This document shows, piece after piece, positions 38,156 through 48,486 of a stretch of 64,000 bases of DNA; position 1 is the first letter of the stretch, and each line of letters starts with the position of its first letter. Made by a program: the position numbers and the translations under genes. The notes under the pieces are model-generated. The model made no database searches and was not told the origin of the DNA. It worked only from the letters and a program-made list of their open reading frames with translations. The stretch is from Phormidium sp. (lineage in GTDB: Bacteria > Cyanobacteriota > Cyanobacteriia > Cyanobacteriales > Aerosakkonemataceae): contig CP143273.1 of the NCBI GenBank assembly GCA_051013385.1, positions 320,001 to 384,000 on the forward strand, in the 5' to 3' direction.

Positions 38156-38301
38156 TTTTTCCACGAATCTTTGGTAGTAGGTAGTAGGTAGTGGGTAGTG
38201 GGATTCCTACTAGCTACTACCACCCTCAATCTTACTAACTACCAACTTGAGTTAATTACTCAGTTTCAGAACATGACAATACCCTGAATTATGCCACAAG
38301 T

Positions 38302-38661
38302 TTAGTGATTAATTAAAAAAGCGGGAACTTCTACTAAGTGAAAATAAACCAATGCCGCAATTACTAAAGTGTAAAGCGTTGAACCACCAAGTCCAATCAA
38401 TAAATCGCGCTTCACATTTCGCTGTTCTCCTGCTAAAAAGATATCCATTGCCCCAAACTGCATCATCAGAATTCCTAGTACATTAGAAAGCCAATAACCT
38501 ACAACTGTACCCGGTAAAAACCAGTCGGTATTTATCCAACCAACTAAATAGCCGAATAACAGAGAGATTGGCAAATTGAAAAATAAATCATTCCACCAAG
38601 ACAAGGGAGAAAGCATATAACCAATCCCTACTAGTAATCCCCCGCGCAATTTTCTAAACAT
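38302..38661 (-). CDS. Conserved hypothetical membrane protein
   Basis: GY.LSPLSWWND.F.NLP motif; hydrophobic. Confidence 0.8.
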   Translation of the reverse strand: MFRKLRGGLLVGIGYMLSPLSWWNDLFFNLPISLLFGYLVGWINTDWFLPGTVVGYWLSNVLGILMMQFGAMDIFLAGEQRNVKRDLLIGLGGSTLYTLVIAALVYFHLVEVPAFLINH

Positions 38662-38837
38662 GGTTTTTCCCTTGACAATTGAGTAGTTTTCAGGATAAAA
38701 TTAGCTTCAATAAAGTAACTCGTTACTCAGAATAGATTTTAATATTTAATAGCGATAATATTTCCCTGTACCCTCCTGCCGGAAAAATCCTCTACCCCCC
38801 CATTTCGCTAAACCATTGAATCCGCTAAGATATCAAA

Positions 38838-38960
38838 GCAGACTAAAACTCAGCAAAGTAGGGAAACTCCGGTGCAAGTCCGGGGCTGTGCCGCAGCTGT
38901 AAGCGAAAATAGATTAGCCGTTGTCAACTGTCTACATCGCTAGCCAGAACGCCTACTTGT
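38838..38960 (+). ncRNA. Cobalamin riboswitch
   Basis: GGGAAA.TCCGGTGCAAGTCCGG.GCTGTGCCGCAGCTGTAA core and AGCCAGAA.GCC B12-box, upstream of cbiX. Confidence 0.88.
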
Positions 38961-39011
38961 TAACGTCAACTTTATTTTCCTGCGTCGCACAGGAAAAAGG
39001 ATAATTAATTA

Positions 39012-40028
39012 ATGCCTACTGTAAGTTTATCGACTTTGACCACTGTAACGGATTTAGAATTGCCTACATTGCCCCTAAAAAGACCATTATTAATGATTGG
39101 TCATGGGACTAAAGATGAAGAGGGAAGACAAAGTTTTTTAGATTTTGCTGCTGCTTATCAAGAATTGGATCGATCGCGCCCCGTAGTCCCATGTTTTCTA
39201 GAACTAACAGGCCCGACAATTCAAGAAGGGATCGATCGCTGTATCGAACAAGGATACACAGAATTTTCAGTGTTACCCATTTTATTATTTGCCGCCCGCC
39301 ACAACAAATTTGATATTACCAATGAGTTAGACCGCGCCAAAATTAAATATCCCCAACTGAAATTTCACTACGGTCGGCACTTTGGAATTACCCCGAATAT
39401 ATTGGAATTGTGGCGATCGCGTCTAACTCAACTTGACAACGAAAAATATCCCCGTTCCGAAACAGTTTTATTATTTGTCGGACGTGGTTCCAGCGACCCA
39501 GACGCTAACGGCGACGTTTACAAACTAGCACGAATTCTTTGGGAAGGCAGCGGCTATTCCACAGTAGAAACCTGCTTTATCGGCATTACTCACCCCCGTT
39601 TAGAAGAAGGTTTCCGTCGCGCCAGACTTTATCAACCAAAGCGAATTATCGTTTTACCTTACTTCCTATTTACCGGACTTTTGGTAAAAAAGATTTTCGA
39701 CACTACCGCCCAACAACAAGCACAATTTCCCGAAATAGAAATGATTTGTTTGCCAGAAATGGGCATTCATCCCCAACTATTTCAAGTAATGCGAGAACGG
39801 GAAATTGAAACCCAATTAGGCGAAGTCCAAATGAACTGTGAAATGTGCAAATTTCGCCTCGCTGCTGTCAGTAAAAACGGCAACGGACATAGCCACAGTC
39901 ACGGACATTCCCACGATCATCATCACCACGATCATCATCATGGGCACAGTCACGACCACTCACACCCTGCTGTAGATCCTTACGCAGACTTAGAAAAATA
40001 TCATCAAAAAATCTGGCAAGCACCCTAA
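39012..40028 (+). CDS. cbiX: Sirohydrochlorin cobaltochelatase
   Basis: [35 protein letters not shown] motif, His-rich tail. Confidence 0.93.
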   Translation: MPTVSLSTLTTVTDLELPTLPLKRPLLMIGHGTKDEEGRQSFLDFAAAYQELDRSRPVVPCFLELTGPTIQEGIDRCIEQGYTEFSVLPILLFAARHNKFDITNELDRAKIKYPQLKFHYGRHFGITPNILELWRSRLTQLDNEKYPRSETVLLFVGRGSSDPDANGDVYKLARILWEGSGYSTVETCFIGITHPRLEEGFRRARLYQPKRIIVLPYFLFTGLLVKKIFDTTAQQQAQFPEIEMICLPEMGIHPQLFQVMREREIETQLGEVQMNCEMCKFRLAAVSKNGNGHSHSHGHSHDHHHHDHHHGHSHDHSHPAVDPYADLEKYHQKIWQAP

Positions 40029-40136
40029 CAATTTTAGATTAGCTTTGTTGTAGGGACTTTAGTCCTTGCCTTGTTTGTGCAAGAAAGGTTAAAGTCCTGA
40101 CAAAGAACTAAAAAATCTGAAATCCTAACATTCAAA

Positions 40137-40352
40137 ATGAGTAAAGAATTTCGCATTGGGGAAAAAGTCCGAGTGGTAGCATTACCGCCTTACGTGAAAA
40201 CTGCCGAACCAATGCCAATGCTACGTCCACCAGATGTAATTAAGTTAGGAGAAGAAGGAGTAGTGATCGATCGCCGTCCCGGAGGTTATTGGGGAGTGCG
40301 CTTTGCCAGAGGCAACTTTTTACTCGACAGTCAGTATATTGAATCTATTTAA
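40137..40352 (+). CDS. sipA: Regulatory protein SipA (DUF3148)
   Basis: PPY.KTAEPMPMLRPPD, RRP.GYW.VRF..G.FL. Confidence 0.9.
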   Translation: MSKEFRIGEKVRVVALPPYVKTAEPMPMLRPPDVIKLGEEGVVIDRRPGGYWGVRFARGNFLLDSQYIESI

Positions 40353-40360
40353 AGTTTCAC

Positions 40361-40393
40361 AGATCCCCGACTTCTTAGAGAAGTCGGGGATCT
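40361..40393. repeat. Palindrome between convergent genes
   Basis: AGATCCCCGACTTCT-tag-AGAAGTCGGGGATCT. Confidence 0.75.
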
Positions 40394-40410
40394 TGGCGGG
40401 ATCTTGCCCT

Positions 40411-41193
40411 TCACAACAAACTCTCTGGTGAAATTATTCCTTCTTGAGCCATTTTTTCAATCACTTGGAGTCCGCGAGGGTCGCCAACTCGTAACAGAGA
40501 AGCTTTCGCATCTTCCCTGACTCCCATATCGCGGTCTTCTTCCATCACTTGAATTAAAGCATCGATCGCACCAGCATAAACTACATTTGATGGTAGTTCC
40601 CGACAGAGTTGCCCCAAAGACCAAGCACAGTTACTCCGTACCGCTGCGACTGGATCTTGAATTAAAGCTTCAATTAACGGGGGAATGGAAGCGACTACTG
40701 CTTCGTAGCCTAACTCAGCCATTTGCGCCAAAGAACTAGCCGCCCATAAACGTACAGCCGAAATATCAGTTCGTAAAGCATCAGTTAGGGGGGAGACAGA
40801 ACGGCGATCGCGACAGTTCCCCAACGCCCAAACAATGCCTTTACGGACATAACCATTCCAGTCGCGGTTTAATTGGTTAATTAACGGTTCTACCGCATCA
40901 GCACTAGGGTTCCGTCCCAAACCATAAGCCGCACTTACCCGCACCAACGGACAAGCATCTGTCAACAAGCGAATTAAATGGGGAATGGCGCGTCGATCTT
41001 GTAGCTCACAAAAAGCTCTGGCTGCTAGCATTCTCTGCGGCGTTTCGGCTGCATTCAACAGCGCCAACATTGCCTCTGGATCGGGTTTAGCAACCTCTTC
41101 TTCTTCCAGTGGTTCTAGCTGATCTAAGGGACTTTGCAGATCAGCTTCCGGGTCAAGTAGGGTCAGGTCGTCGTCATCATACATAATTGTCAA
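40411..41193 (-). CDS. HEAT/PBS-lyase repeat protein
   Basis: Repeated VR..AA..LG units; acidic N-terminus. Confidence 0.9.
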   Translation of the reverse strand: MTIMYDDDDLTLLDPEADLQSPLDQLEPLEEEEVAKPDPEAMLALLNAAETPQRMLAARAFCELQDRRAIPHLIRLLTDACPLVRVSAAYGLGRNPSADAVEPLINQLNRDWNGYVRKGIVWALGNCRDRRSVSPLTDALRTDISAVRLWAASSLAQMAELGYEAVVASIPPLIEALIQDPVAAVRSNCAWSLGQLCRELPSNVVYAGAIDALIQVMEEDRDMGVREDAKASLLRVGDPRGLQVIEKMAQEGIISPESLL

Positions 41194-41461
41194 TTACCTT
41201 ATCAGACCTGATGCCATCAGTCTGTTACTCAGGTTAGCGATCGATAAATCTCTCTGTTGTTGATGGTAGAGAGGCACAAGGAAGGAATCTTTCATTTTTC
41301 CCTACTTTTGTAAATAAACACTAAGCAACTGCAATTAATTTTACGACCAGGCTCAAACTTAAAATCATAACGTTATTTTTCAAGTTTTGTTCTTTATTTT
41401 AGTATATTGGACTACAGAAAGACTAAATTGAATAGCAACTCTTAAACATCAGGAGCAGAGT

Positions 41462-42472
41462 GTGACAGATCACCTAGAACAATATCGACGGTTAGCGCGT
41501 GCAATTAGATTCGTTCCCCCTTTGCCAGAATCTCATCTAGCAGAAACAAAGGAAAATCATCCCAACTGGGCTTCATCAGTATCGCATTTTCCGGCGACAA
41601 ACACACCATCACCCGCAAAACTAGAGGAAAATTTTGGCCCACCTCCCGATCCATCGGAACATATAGCCGCTTTAGTAAAACAAGCGGTTTCTGGGCATAC
41701 TGTTTTACCAGTTGCTTATAGTGTTCAGGAAAATATAGGCGATCGCATCAGTCGCTTAAACCACAACGCAGAGACTCAACAGCATAAACCATTAATCATT
41801 CTGCCGAAAATTCCCGCACCCGATCCCAACTGGACTCCGAGCACTCCAGTTACTCATCAACAAACTGTTGAGGTCGAAGTTGCAGCAAATCATTTACCAG
41901 AAACTTCAACTAATGGCAAATTGCCAGTTGAACAAATAGCTTCAGCAGAAATAAAATTACAGGAAAATTCAAGTCTTCCAGTATTAGAAACACAACCTTC
42001 AGAGGAGTTAGTAGTAACACCTTTGAGCAACGAAAATTCTGCTATAGAAACTCCATCGGAATTAGTAGAAGTTTGTACATTAGCAACAAAACTTACGCCA
42101 GTAGAAACATCAGAAACCGAACCATCTTCAGAAATTGTTGTTGAGCCGGAAACAGTTACCGAAGCACCTATTCAAGAAACGGTTGTTCCTGAAAGAGCGG
42201 AAAATTTAAACGTTCAAGAAACAGTCACAGAACAGTTGAAAAATGTTGCCAATTTGCTCACAGAAGTATCCGAAAAAGTGCCAACCACTGAAGCAACAAC
42301 AACTAAAAAATCATCACCTAAAAAATGGCTGATTGCAGAAGTTGTCTGTCCTAAATGTGGTTCTAACAAAGTTAAAGAAAAAGGATACACTAACGGTCAA
42401 CAAAAATACACTTGCAAAAACTGCGGTAAACGTTGGCGTGTTGATTTAGAACCAATTGGGGAAAATGATTAA
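41462..42472 (+). CDS. Low-complexity protein with C-terminal InsA-like zinc ribbon
   Basis: E/T/P-rich body; CPKCGS..V...G...GQQKY.CKNCG; AGGAG RBS before the GTG start. Confidence 0.75.
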   Translation: MTDHLEQYRRLARAIRFVPPLPESHLAETKENHPNWASSVSHFPATNTPSPAKLEENFGPPPDPSEHIAALVKQAVSGHTVLPVAYSVQENIGDRISRLNHNAETQQHKPLIILPKIPAPDPNWTPSTPVTHQQTVEVEVAANHLPETSTNGKLPVEQIASAEIKLQENSSLPVLETQPSEELVVTPLSNENSAIETPSELVEVCTLATKLTPVETSETEPSSEIVVEPETVTEAPIQETVVPERAENLNVQETVTEQLKNVANLLTEVSEKVPTTEATTTKKSSPKKWLIAEVVCPKCGSNKVKEKGYTNGQQKYTCKNCGKRWRVDLEPIGEND

Positions 42473-42545
42473 CTAGTTAAGAAAACCCAAAGTACGTTGT
42501 TGCGCTGTCTTCGCTCTTATTAGCGAAGACAGCGCAACAACGTAC

Positions 42546-43019
42546 CTAAGAAATAGACTTCACCATCCACAGAGATTGAGGTTGATAACCTAACTGGGAA
42601 TATAAGTTAATAGCTGGTTGATTAGATTGAACAACTTGCAGACTCATTTGGCGATCGCCCCGATTTTTTGCCCAATCTTCGCCCAATAGCATTAAACTTT
42701 TCCCAATGCCTTGGCGACGATGTTCGGGAGCAACATAAAGGAGAAAGATGTGGGCGTGGCGATCGCCTTTTACCTGATCGATTCCATTACCCACCCACAA
42801 ACAACCAACTTTAATTGTCGCAGCATTTTCTACCCTTTCTTCTACCCACCAAACCGGAGTTTCCGCAGAAAAATACTTCTCAACTGTAATCGCTAAATGA
42901 GAGAAATTCTGTTCAGGAAACAGTTCTTGGTAAGTTCTTCGCATAAACTTTACCAAAGTAGCCCGATCTAAACTTGAACCAGAAACAAATTGATAGTTTG
43001 CTGGTAGTTTGTACTTCAT
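42546..43019 (-). CDS. GNAT N-acetyltransferase
   Basis: LYV.PEHRRQGIG, N..A..LY..LGY. Confidence 0.9.
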   Translation of the reverse strand: MKYKLPANYQFVSGSSLDRATLVKFMRRTYQELFPEQNFSHLAITVEKYFSAETPVWWVEERVENAATIKVGCLWVGNGIDQVKGDRHAHIFLLYVAPEHRRQGIGKSLMLLGEDWAKNRGDRQMSLQVVQSNQPAINLYSQLGYQPQSLWMVKSIS

Positions 43020-43163
43020 CTAAGAGGCAGAAGTTACTTCTTCAACTGGTGCGGGGGCTGCCATATCCGCAGGTAAAAATATCCGCGAACTCACTGCTAG
43101 TAAAGCGACTAAAAACACTAGCAAAATTAGAAAAGGAGCAACGTATTGACGAAAAATAGCCAT
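43020..43163 (-). CDS. 47-aa single-TM small protein (below the ORF-track cutoff)
   Basis: MAIFRQYVAPFLILLVFLVALLAVSSRIFLPADMAAPAPVEEVTSAS*; its TAG abuts the GNAT ATG. Confidence 0.8.
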   Translation of the reverse strand: MAIFRQYVAPFLILLVFLVALLAVSSRIFLPADMAAPAPVEEVTSAS

Positions 43164-43238
43164 AGTTTAGAATTGTCTGGTTTGAGCAAAAAAATGGTTT
43201 TCCGAAAACTTTTCCAGTCTCTATATTACAGTTTACAA

Positions 43239-44525
43239 CTATATGTCATAATCTTCCCATTCATCTAATCCAGGTCTGGGCATTGGTTGAGGTCGAGGGT
43301 TCCAAGGTGCGACTATTGGTAACAGCAATAATCCGGGTAAAGCGGCGAAAATGCTAATTAGGAAAAATAAAGGCCAACCTGTTTTTGCTGCTAAAAAGCC
43401 AGAAGGAGCAACCAAAAGATCTCGACTGACAGCCATAAAACTGGTGAGCAAAGCGTATTGAGTAGCAGAAAAACGTTGGTTACAAAGACTCATTAAAAAA
43501 GCCACAAAACCTGCTGCCGCAAGTCCTCCGCAAAAGTTTTCTACATTGATACTCAACACTAAAAGCGGATAATTTTTTCCCGCTTGTGCCAGAGCAAAAT
43601 AACCGATATTACTTAAAGCTTGGAGAAAACCAAATATCCACAAAGAGCGATTAATCCCAATTTTACTGAGAATTGCGCCTCCGGTTAATGTTCCCACAAT
43701 AGTAGCGATTAAACCCATTCCACCACGAATTGCGCCGATTTCTTTTTGAGCGAAACCAGTTTTTAGTAAAAAGGGAGTGGAAAGACTGCTCAAAAATGCG
43801 TCACCCAGACTATAAAGGACAATGAATAGGAGAATTACAAAACCTAAAAGTAAGCCATGACGGTAGAAAAAATCTCCAAAAGGTAAAACGACTGCTTGTT
43901 TTAAAGATTCGGGACGATTTTGGTCTTCTGCTGGCTCTGGCGCAAAGAATGAGGCGACTACACCGACGAGCATGAGGAGGGACATTAACAGAAAAACTGA
44001 AGGCCAAGGGATGCTATCAGCGAGAATAAAAGCTAGGGAACCTGTGGCTAAAAGGGCGAGACGATAACCTAAGACGAAAACGGCTGCACCTGCACCCATT
44101 TCTAGTTTTTCTAAAACGTCGGTGCGGTAAGCGTCAGCAGCGATGTCTTGGGTAGCGCCGAAAAAGGCAATTAATACGGCGTTAATGGCGAGAAGTTGTA
44201 AAGCTTCACTGGGTTTTTGGAAGTAGAGGGCGGCGATCGCTAAAATTAAAGCAACTTGAGTTATTGCCAACCAACCACGTCTGCGCCCCAAAAATGGGGG
44301 TACATAGCGATCGAGTATCGGAGACCACAAAAACTTCAGGGAATAGGGCAAATTTACCAAAGCAAACAACCCAATTGCACCTAAATCAACTTTTTCCACA
44401 GTCATCCAAGCTTGTAGGTTGCTTCTCGGTAATAAAAAAGGCAACCCAGAAGAAAATCCCAATAACAAAAGAGCCGCCATTTTGCGACTCTGGAAAACTT
44501 TCAGAAAAGACGGAAAAGATTCCAC
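43239..44525 (-). CDS. ampG: AmpG family muropeptide MFS transporter
   Basis: LGFSSGLP, KFLWSP..DR, GRRRGW, ATQDIA.DAYR, SATQYALL. Confidence 0.93.
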   Translation of the reverse strand: MESFPSFLKVFQSRKMAALLLLGFSSGLPFLLPRSNLQAWMTVEKVDLGAIGLFALVNLPYSLKFLWSPILDRYVPPFLGRRRGWLAITQVALILAIAALYFQKPSEALQLLAINAVLIAFFGATQDIAADAYRTDVLEKLEMGAGAAVFVLGYRLALLATGSLAFILADSIPWPSVFLLMSLLMLVGVVASFFAPEPAEDQNRPESLKQAVVLPFGDFFYRHGLLLGFVILLFIVLYSLGDAFLSSLSTPFLLKTGFAQKEIGAIRGGMGLIATIVGTLTGGAILSKIGINRSLWIFGFLQALSNIGYFALAQAGKNYPLLVLSINVENFCGGLAAAGFVAFLMSLCNQRFSATQYALLTSFMAVSRDLLVAPSGFLAAKTGWPLFFLISIFAALPGLLLLPIVAPWNPRPQPMPRPGLDEWEDYDI

Positions 44526-44572
44526 AACTAATTAAATAACTCCTCTAAACTTTGAGTTATCTTCGCATAAAA

Positions 44573-44735
44573 AGGGACTGGGGACTGGGGACTGGGGACT
44601 GGGAGAGTTTTGAGTTTTGAGTTTTGAGTTTTAAGTTGGAAAGTTGGAGAGTTGGATGAGTTTTAAGTTAGGTACTTTTCTTGCTCCCCTGCTCAAGAGC
44701 TCCCCTGCCCCCCTGCCCAAGAGCTCCCCTGCTCC
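44573..44735. repeat. STRR tract
   Basis: GGGACTG, GAGTTTT and CCCCTGC heptamer runs. Confidence 0.85.
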
Positions 44736-45350
44736 CTAATAATTACGCCAAACGCCGAATAATGTTCCTTGGAGTTGAACTTCTTCTGCTGGTGCTTCGA
44801 TGGGTTGATATTTGGCGTTGGCGGGTTTGAGGATGACGCGATCGCTTTTCCGGTAAAAGCGTTTTAAAGTAGTACCATGTCCTTCGACTCTCGCCGCTAC
44901 AATTGTGCCATTCTTCACTTTGTCGGGTTCAGCAACGGGGCATAGAATTACTAAATCACCATTAGCAATATGATCTTCGATCATGCTGTCGCCCATTACC
45001 CTTAAAGCGAATGTTTTTGGTGGTAATGCGTTAGCAAGGTCGAGTTTTTCTACGCTGTCGGTGTAAGGTTCTACCATGCAACCTGCGGCGATCGCGCCTA
45101 AAATCGGTACGCTACTATTAGGCTCGGTTTCTATTTGCGATCGCAAAATTCTATAAGTCCGAGCTTTGCCATCTGACCAAGTAATATATCCTTTCTCTCG
45201 CAAATGATCTAACCGACTTTGCACGGGTGCTGGCGATTTTAAATTCATCGCTCGCATCATTTGTCTAATTGACGGGGCATAATGATGCTGGTTGATGTAT
45301 TCCACTAACCAGTCGTAGAGTTCTTGTTGAGCTTCTGTGAGGGTTTCCAT
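44736..45350 (-). CDS. lexA: Transcriptional repressor LexA
   Basis: METLTEAQ start, PSIRQMM..M.L.SPAPVQSRL, Ala-Gly site IAAG, GDSM, TLKRF. Confidence 0.95.
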   Translation of the reverse strand: METLTEAQQELYDWLVEYINQHHYAPSIRQMMRAMNLKSPAPVQSRLDHLREKGYITWSDGKARTYRILRSQIETEPNSSVPILGAIAAGCMVEPYTDSVEKLDLANALPPKTFALRVMGDSMIEDHIANGDLVILCPVAEPDKVKNGTIVAARVEGHGTTLKRFYRKSDRVILKPANAKYQPIEAPAEEVQLQGTLFGVWRNY

Positions 45351-45430
45351 AGTAGAATTTCGGGTAAGTGTTCTAGACAGTTTGTGATTAGTTATGAGCG
45401 ATCGATTCATCACTCAAAAATTTATCTTCT

Positions 45431-45444
45431 AGAACATTCGTACT
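45431..45444 (-). promoter_or_regulatory. Cyanobacterial LexA box
   Basis: AGTACGAATGTTCT fits RGTAC-N4-GTWCB, about 80 bp upstream of the lexA ATG. Confidence 0.85.
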
Positions 45445-45637
45445 ATTAAAAACCCCTTTTTGTCCAGTATTTTATAGAAAAGGATAAAGGTTGAATAAAA
45501 AATTGCCCAGAAAATTTCAGCATTTATCCGGGAATATATCTTAGTTTTTTTGCTTTGAATAATTCAAGAGTTAGACCACAACACTAAATATGGGGTAATG
45601 GTGCGTTACGTTTGACTAACGCACCCTACGGATGGAA

Positions 45638-46558
45638 TTAATCTGCGCCGAGTAAACTAGCTAATAAAGCTTTTTGGGCGTGCATTCGATTTTCTGCTTG
45701 ATCCCAAACTCTTGACTGTGAACCTTCCATCACTTTATCTGTAATTTCTTCGCCACGATGAGCAGGTAAACAATGTAGAACAATGGCATCTTTGTCAGCC
45801 ACACTCATCAGTTGTTCGTTGACCTGATAAGGTTGAAAAATGGGAATTCTACTATTAGCAAGATCTTCTTGACCCATGCTAGCCCAAACATCTGTGTAGA
45901 TAACATTTGCGCCTTTAGTAGCAGCAATGGGATCGGTTGTGATTGTAACTTCTGTGCGATCGCCTGCGATCGCCTTAGCTTTTGCTGCTATATTTGGGTC
46001 TGGTTGGTAATCGCTTGGTGAAGCAATTCTCACATTCATTCCCACCATTGCACAACCCAACATCAGGGAATTAGCCATATTATTCCCATCGCCAACGTAA
46101 GTCAAAGTTAAACCTTCCAACTTACCAAAACATTCTTTTGCGGTTAATAAATCTGCCAAAACTTGACAAGGATGTTCCAAGTCAGTTAAAGCATTAATTA
46201 CCGGAATTTTCGCATAATCCGCAAAAGCTTGTAAATCGCCTTGGGCAAAGGTTCTAATTGCTAAGATATCTAAATAGCGATCCAAAACTCTCGCGGTGTC
46301 TTGTAATGGTTCGCCGCGACTAACTTGGGTAACATTAGGATTAAGGTCAATTACTTGTCCTCCCAGTTGGTACATCGCCACAGTAAAACTTACCCTAGTT
46401 CTAGTGGAAGCTTTAGAGAATAGTAAACCCAGAACTTTGTTACAGCGAATATTTACTTTTTTGGATTTCATTTCTGTAGCGAGATCCAAAAGTTGTAATA
46501 CTTCTTCTGGAGTTAGGTCTGCTAAGCTTAATAAATCTCTGCCTTTGAGTGTTTCCAT
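45638..46558 (-). CDS. argF: Ornithine carbamoyltransferase
   Basis: STRTRVSF, NAL.D.EHPCQ, YTDVWASMG, HCLPAHRG; start METLKG at 46558. Confidence 0.95.
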   Translation of the reverse strand: METLKGRDLLSLADLTPEEVLQLLDLATEMKSKKVNIRCNKVLGLLFSKASTRTRVSFTVAMYQLGGQVIDLNPNVTQVSRGEPLQDTARVLDRYLDILAIRTFAQGDLQAFADYAKIPVINALTDLEHPCQVLADLLTAKECFGKLEGLTLTYVGDGNNMANSLMLGCAMVGMNVRIASPSDYQPDPNIAAKAKAIAGDRTEVTITTDPIAATKGANVIYTDVWASMGQEDLANSRIPIFQPYQVNEQLMSVADKDAIVLHCLPAHRGEEITDKVMEGSQSRVWDQAENRMHAQKALLASLLGAD

Positions 46559-46815
46559 GCTTTTTCCTAAATTGTTGTGAAATGCGATCGATCTCCTGAG
46601 ATTTTGTCCCAAAAAATCAGCATTTTAAAAAGCTAACAGATCTTTTCCCTTAAGCCTAGCCACATCTTTGGTATTTTCTGACATTTAACGTATGTTGTTG
46701 CGCTTCAGCGCTCTTATCCCAATCGTAATAGCGCTAAAGCGCAACAACGTACATGAGCTTAATCTGATTTATAATAACAAATAAATATTGCTTGTTTATT
46801 GAGAGCAACAAAAAA

Positions 46816-47133
46816 ATGACTCAGCTATCTAAAAATCAAACTCCGCGTCGGGGAAGAGTATTTCCCGATCGCCAATTATCTCCTGAAGAAAAAGCACGTC
46901 GCCAAGCTGAAGGTGAAAAATTTAATCAGCGTTGTCAGGTAATATTTGAAAGAGTTAAACCAGAATTAATTAAAGAACATTACGATTGGTTTATTGTGAT
47001 TGAACCAGAAAGTGGGGATTATGTAATTGATGCAGATGAAACAATTGCTCGACAAAAGGCTCGCGATAAATTTGGAAATACTTTGCGACTAATGATGAGA
47101 ATCAATGAAACTGGAGCCTGTGGCAAAATATGA
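46816..47133 (+). CDS. Small DUF5678-like protein
   Basis: L...Y.WFI.IEP.SGDY.ID pattern, ending RI...G.CG.I; ATGA overlap with the next gene. Confidence 0.7.
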   Translation: MTQLSKNQTPRRGRVFPDRQLSPEEKARRQAEGEKFNQRCQVIFERVKPELIKEHYDWFIVIEPESGDYVIDADETIARQKARDKFGNTLRLMMRINETGACGKI

Positions 47134-47495
47134 TTTCAGGTGAGTTTAATAGTCAGGGAGAGTTAATTTTTGAGATTGGGTTGATTGCTGCTGATGGCGA
47201 TATTATTACAGTCAATGCACTTCTAGATACAGGTTTCACAGGCTGGCTAGCAATTGATACTCAAGATGCTGAAAGTTTAGGTTGGATTTTTGCAAATCAG
47301 AAAGAAACAATGAAGACTGCACGCGGCAATGCACAGTTCAATCTCTATGCTGGCTTTGTGATGTTTGATGGAGAAGAATTAACAATCCCAGTATTATGTG
47401 GAAATGAACTTCCAGATATTCTTTTAGGTGTACGTTGGCTACAAACAAAGAGACTTGTGGCTGATTTTCCGGCAGGAGTTTTGACTTTGGGGTAG
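47130..47495 (+). CDS. Clan AA (retropepsin-like) aspartyl protease
   Basis: ALLDTGF catalytic motif and ILLG motif. Confidence 0.85.
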   Translation: MISGEFNSQGELIFEIGLIAADGDIITVNALLDTGFTGWLAIDTQDAESLGWIFANQKETMKTARGNAQFNLYAGFVMFDGEELTIPVLCGNELPDILLGVRWLQTKRLVADFPAGVLTLG

Positions 47496-47510
47496 GTGAA
47501 AAAACGCTTC

Positions 47511-47543
47511 AAAAACCCGGTTTCTTAAAGAAACCGGGTTTTT
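47511..47543. terminator. Palindrome / bidirectional terminator
   Basis: AAAAACCCGGTTTCT-taa-AGAAACCGGGTTTTT. Confidence 0.7.
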
Positions 47544-47662
47544 ATTGTGGTGAATAGGATCAGATAGCTGAATTATCTGTGTGAGTCAGGCATTATTAAA
47601 ATTTTAGAATCTGCCAAATATACTTTTTACGCCGTTTGATTGAAAATACCCTACTGGCTGTG

Positions 47663-48355
47663 TTACAAAAGTGCTTCTAATTTTGAAATTTCACGTTCCT
47701 TCATGTATCTCGTAGGATCAGCCAATCCTAGCCTAGCAAATACACTTTTACGCTTTTGACACCGTTCGCACTCACCGCAATGATACAGATTACCCCAAGT
47801 ACAACTCCAACTTTCAGATAAATTGATGCCTTCATCAAGTCCTAGTTGCAAAACATCATCATCTTCCATTTCAATGAAAGGTGCTTTAACAGAGATTTGA
47901 ATCCCTGTATTCAGTCTTATAACTGTTTCTACTGTTGATACAAGAAGGGGAAGATTCGGTACACGGGAGATGTCCGACTTAGTACCACCATAATACACAT
48001 ATTCATATTTATGGTAAGCAGCGTGTATACCGCACATAGTTTGAATCATGCAAGAGCCACGAGGAATACGTTCATCTAAACCACCTTCTGTAACAGTTTC
48101 ATAGGGTGGCTCACTGTAGGCAATCAGCAAGTTTCTCAGATTAGGTATATCGATATATTCAAGAGGGACTCCCAATTCATTACAAACTTTTTTAGCATAA
48201 GATAACTGCCGTTCGGCACTGTACTGGCCTACATTAATAAATATTGCTCCCAGCCGTGAGGTTAATCTTTTCTTAAGAGCATGAAGCATGATCATTGACT
48301 CCATGCCTGCTGAGAGCATTACTAATGTGTCTTTGTCTTCTACAATAAACTTCAT
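47663..48355 (-). CDS. Divergent QueC-family PP-loop ATPase
   Basis: LSAGMES PP-loop variant, GQ motif, APF, SWSC-x7-CGECERC Zn site. Confidence 0.8.
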   Translation of the reverse strand: MKFIVEDKDTLVMLSAGMESMIMLHALKKRLTSRLGAIFINVGQYSAERQLSYAKKVCNELGVPLEYIDIPNLRNLLIAYSEPPYETVTEGGLDERIPRGSCMIQTMCGIHAAYHKYEYVYYGGTKSDISRVPNLPLLVSTVETVIRLNTGIQISVKAPFIEMEDDDVLQLGLDEGINLSESWSCTWGNLYHCGECERCQKRKSVFARLGLADPTRYMKEREISKLEALL

Positions 48356-48486
48356 ACTTCTTTTTCCTCTTAATATGTTTTTGGATAGCAATAGCATAAG
48401 CTAGTCATGTATAACCATGAACTAATAAAGATTAGCTAATGTGTTAGAATTAGGTTAGGAAAATTTTTTATAAAGAATCTTCAGCA

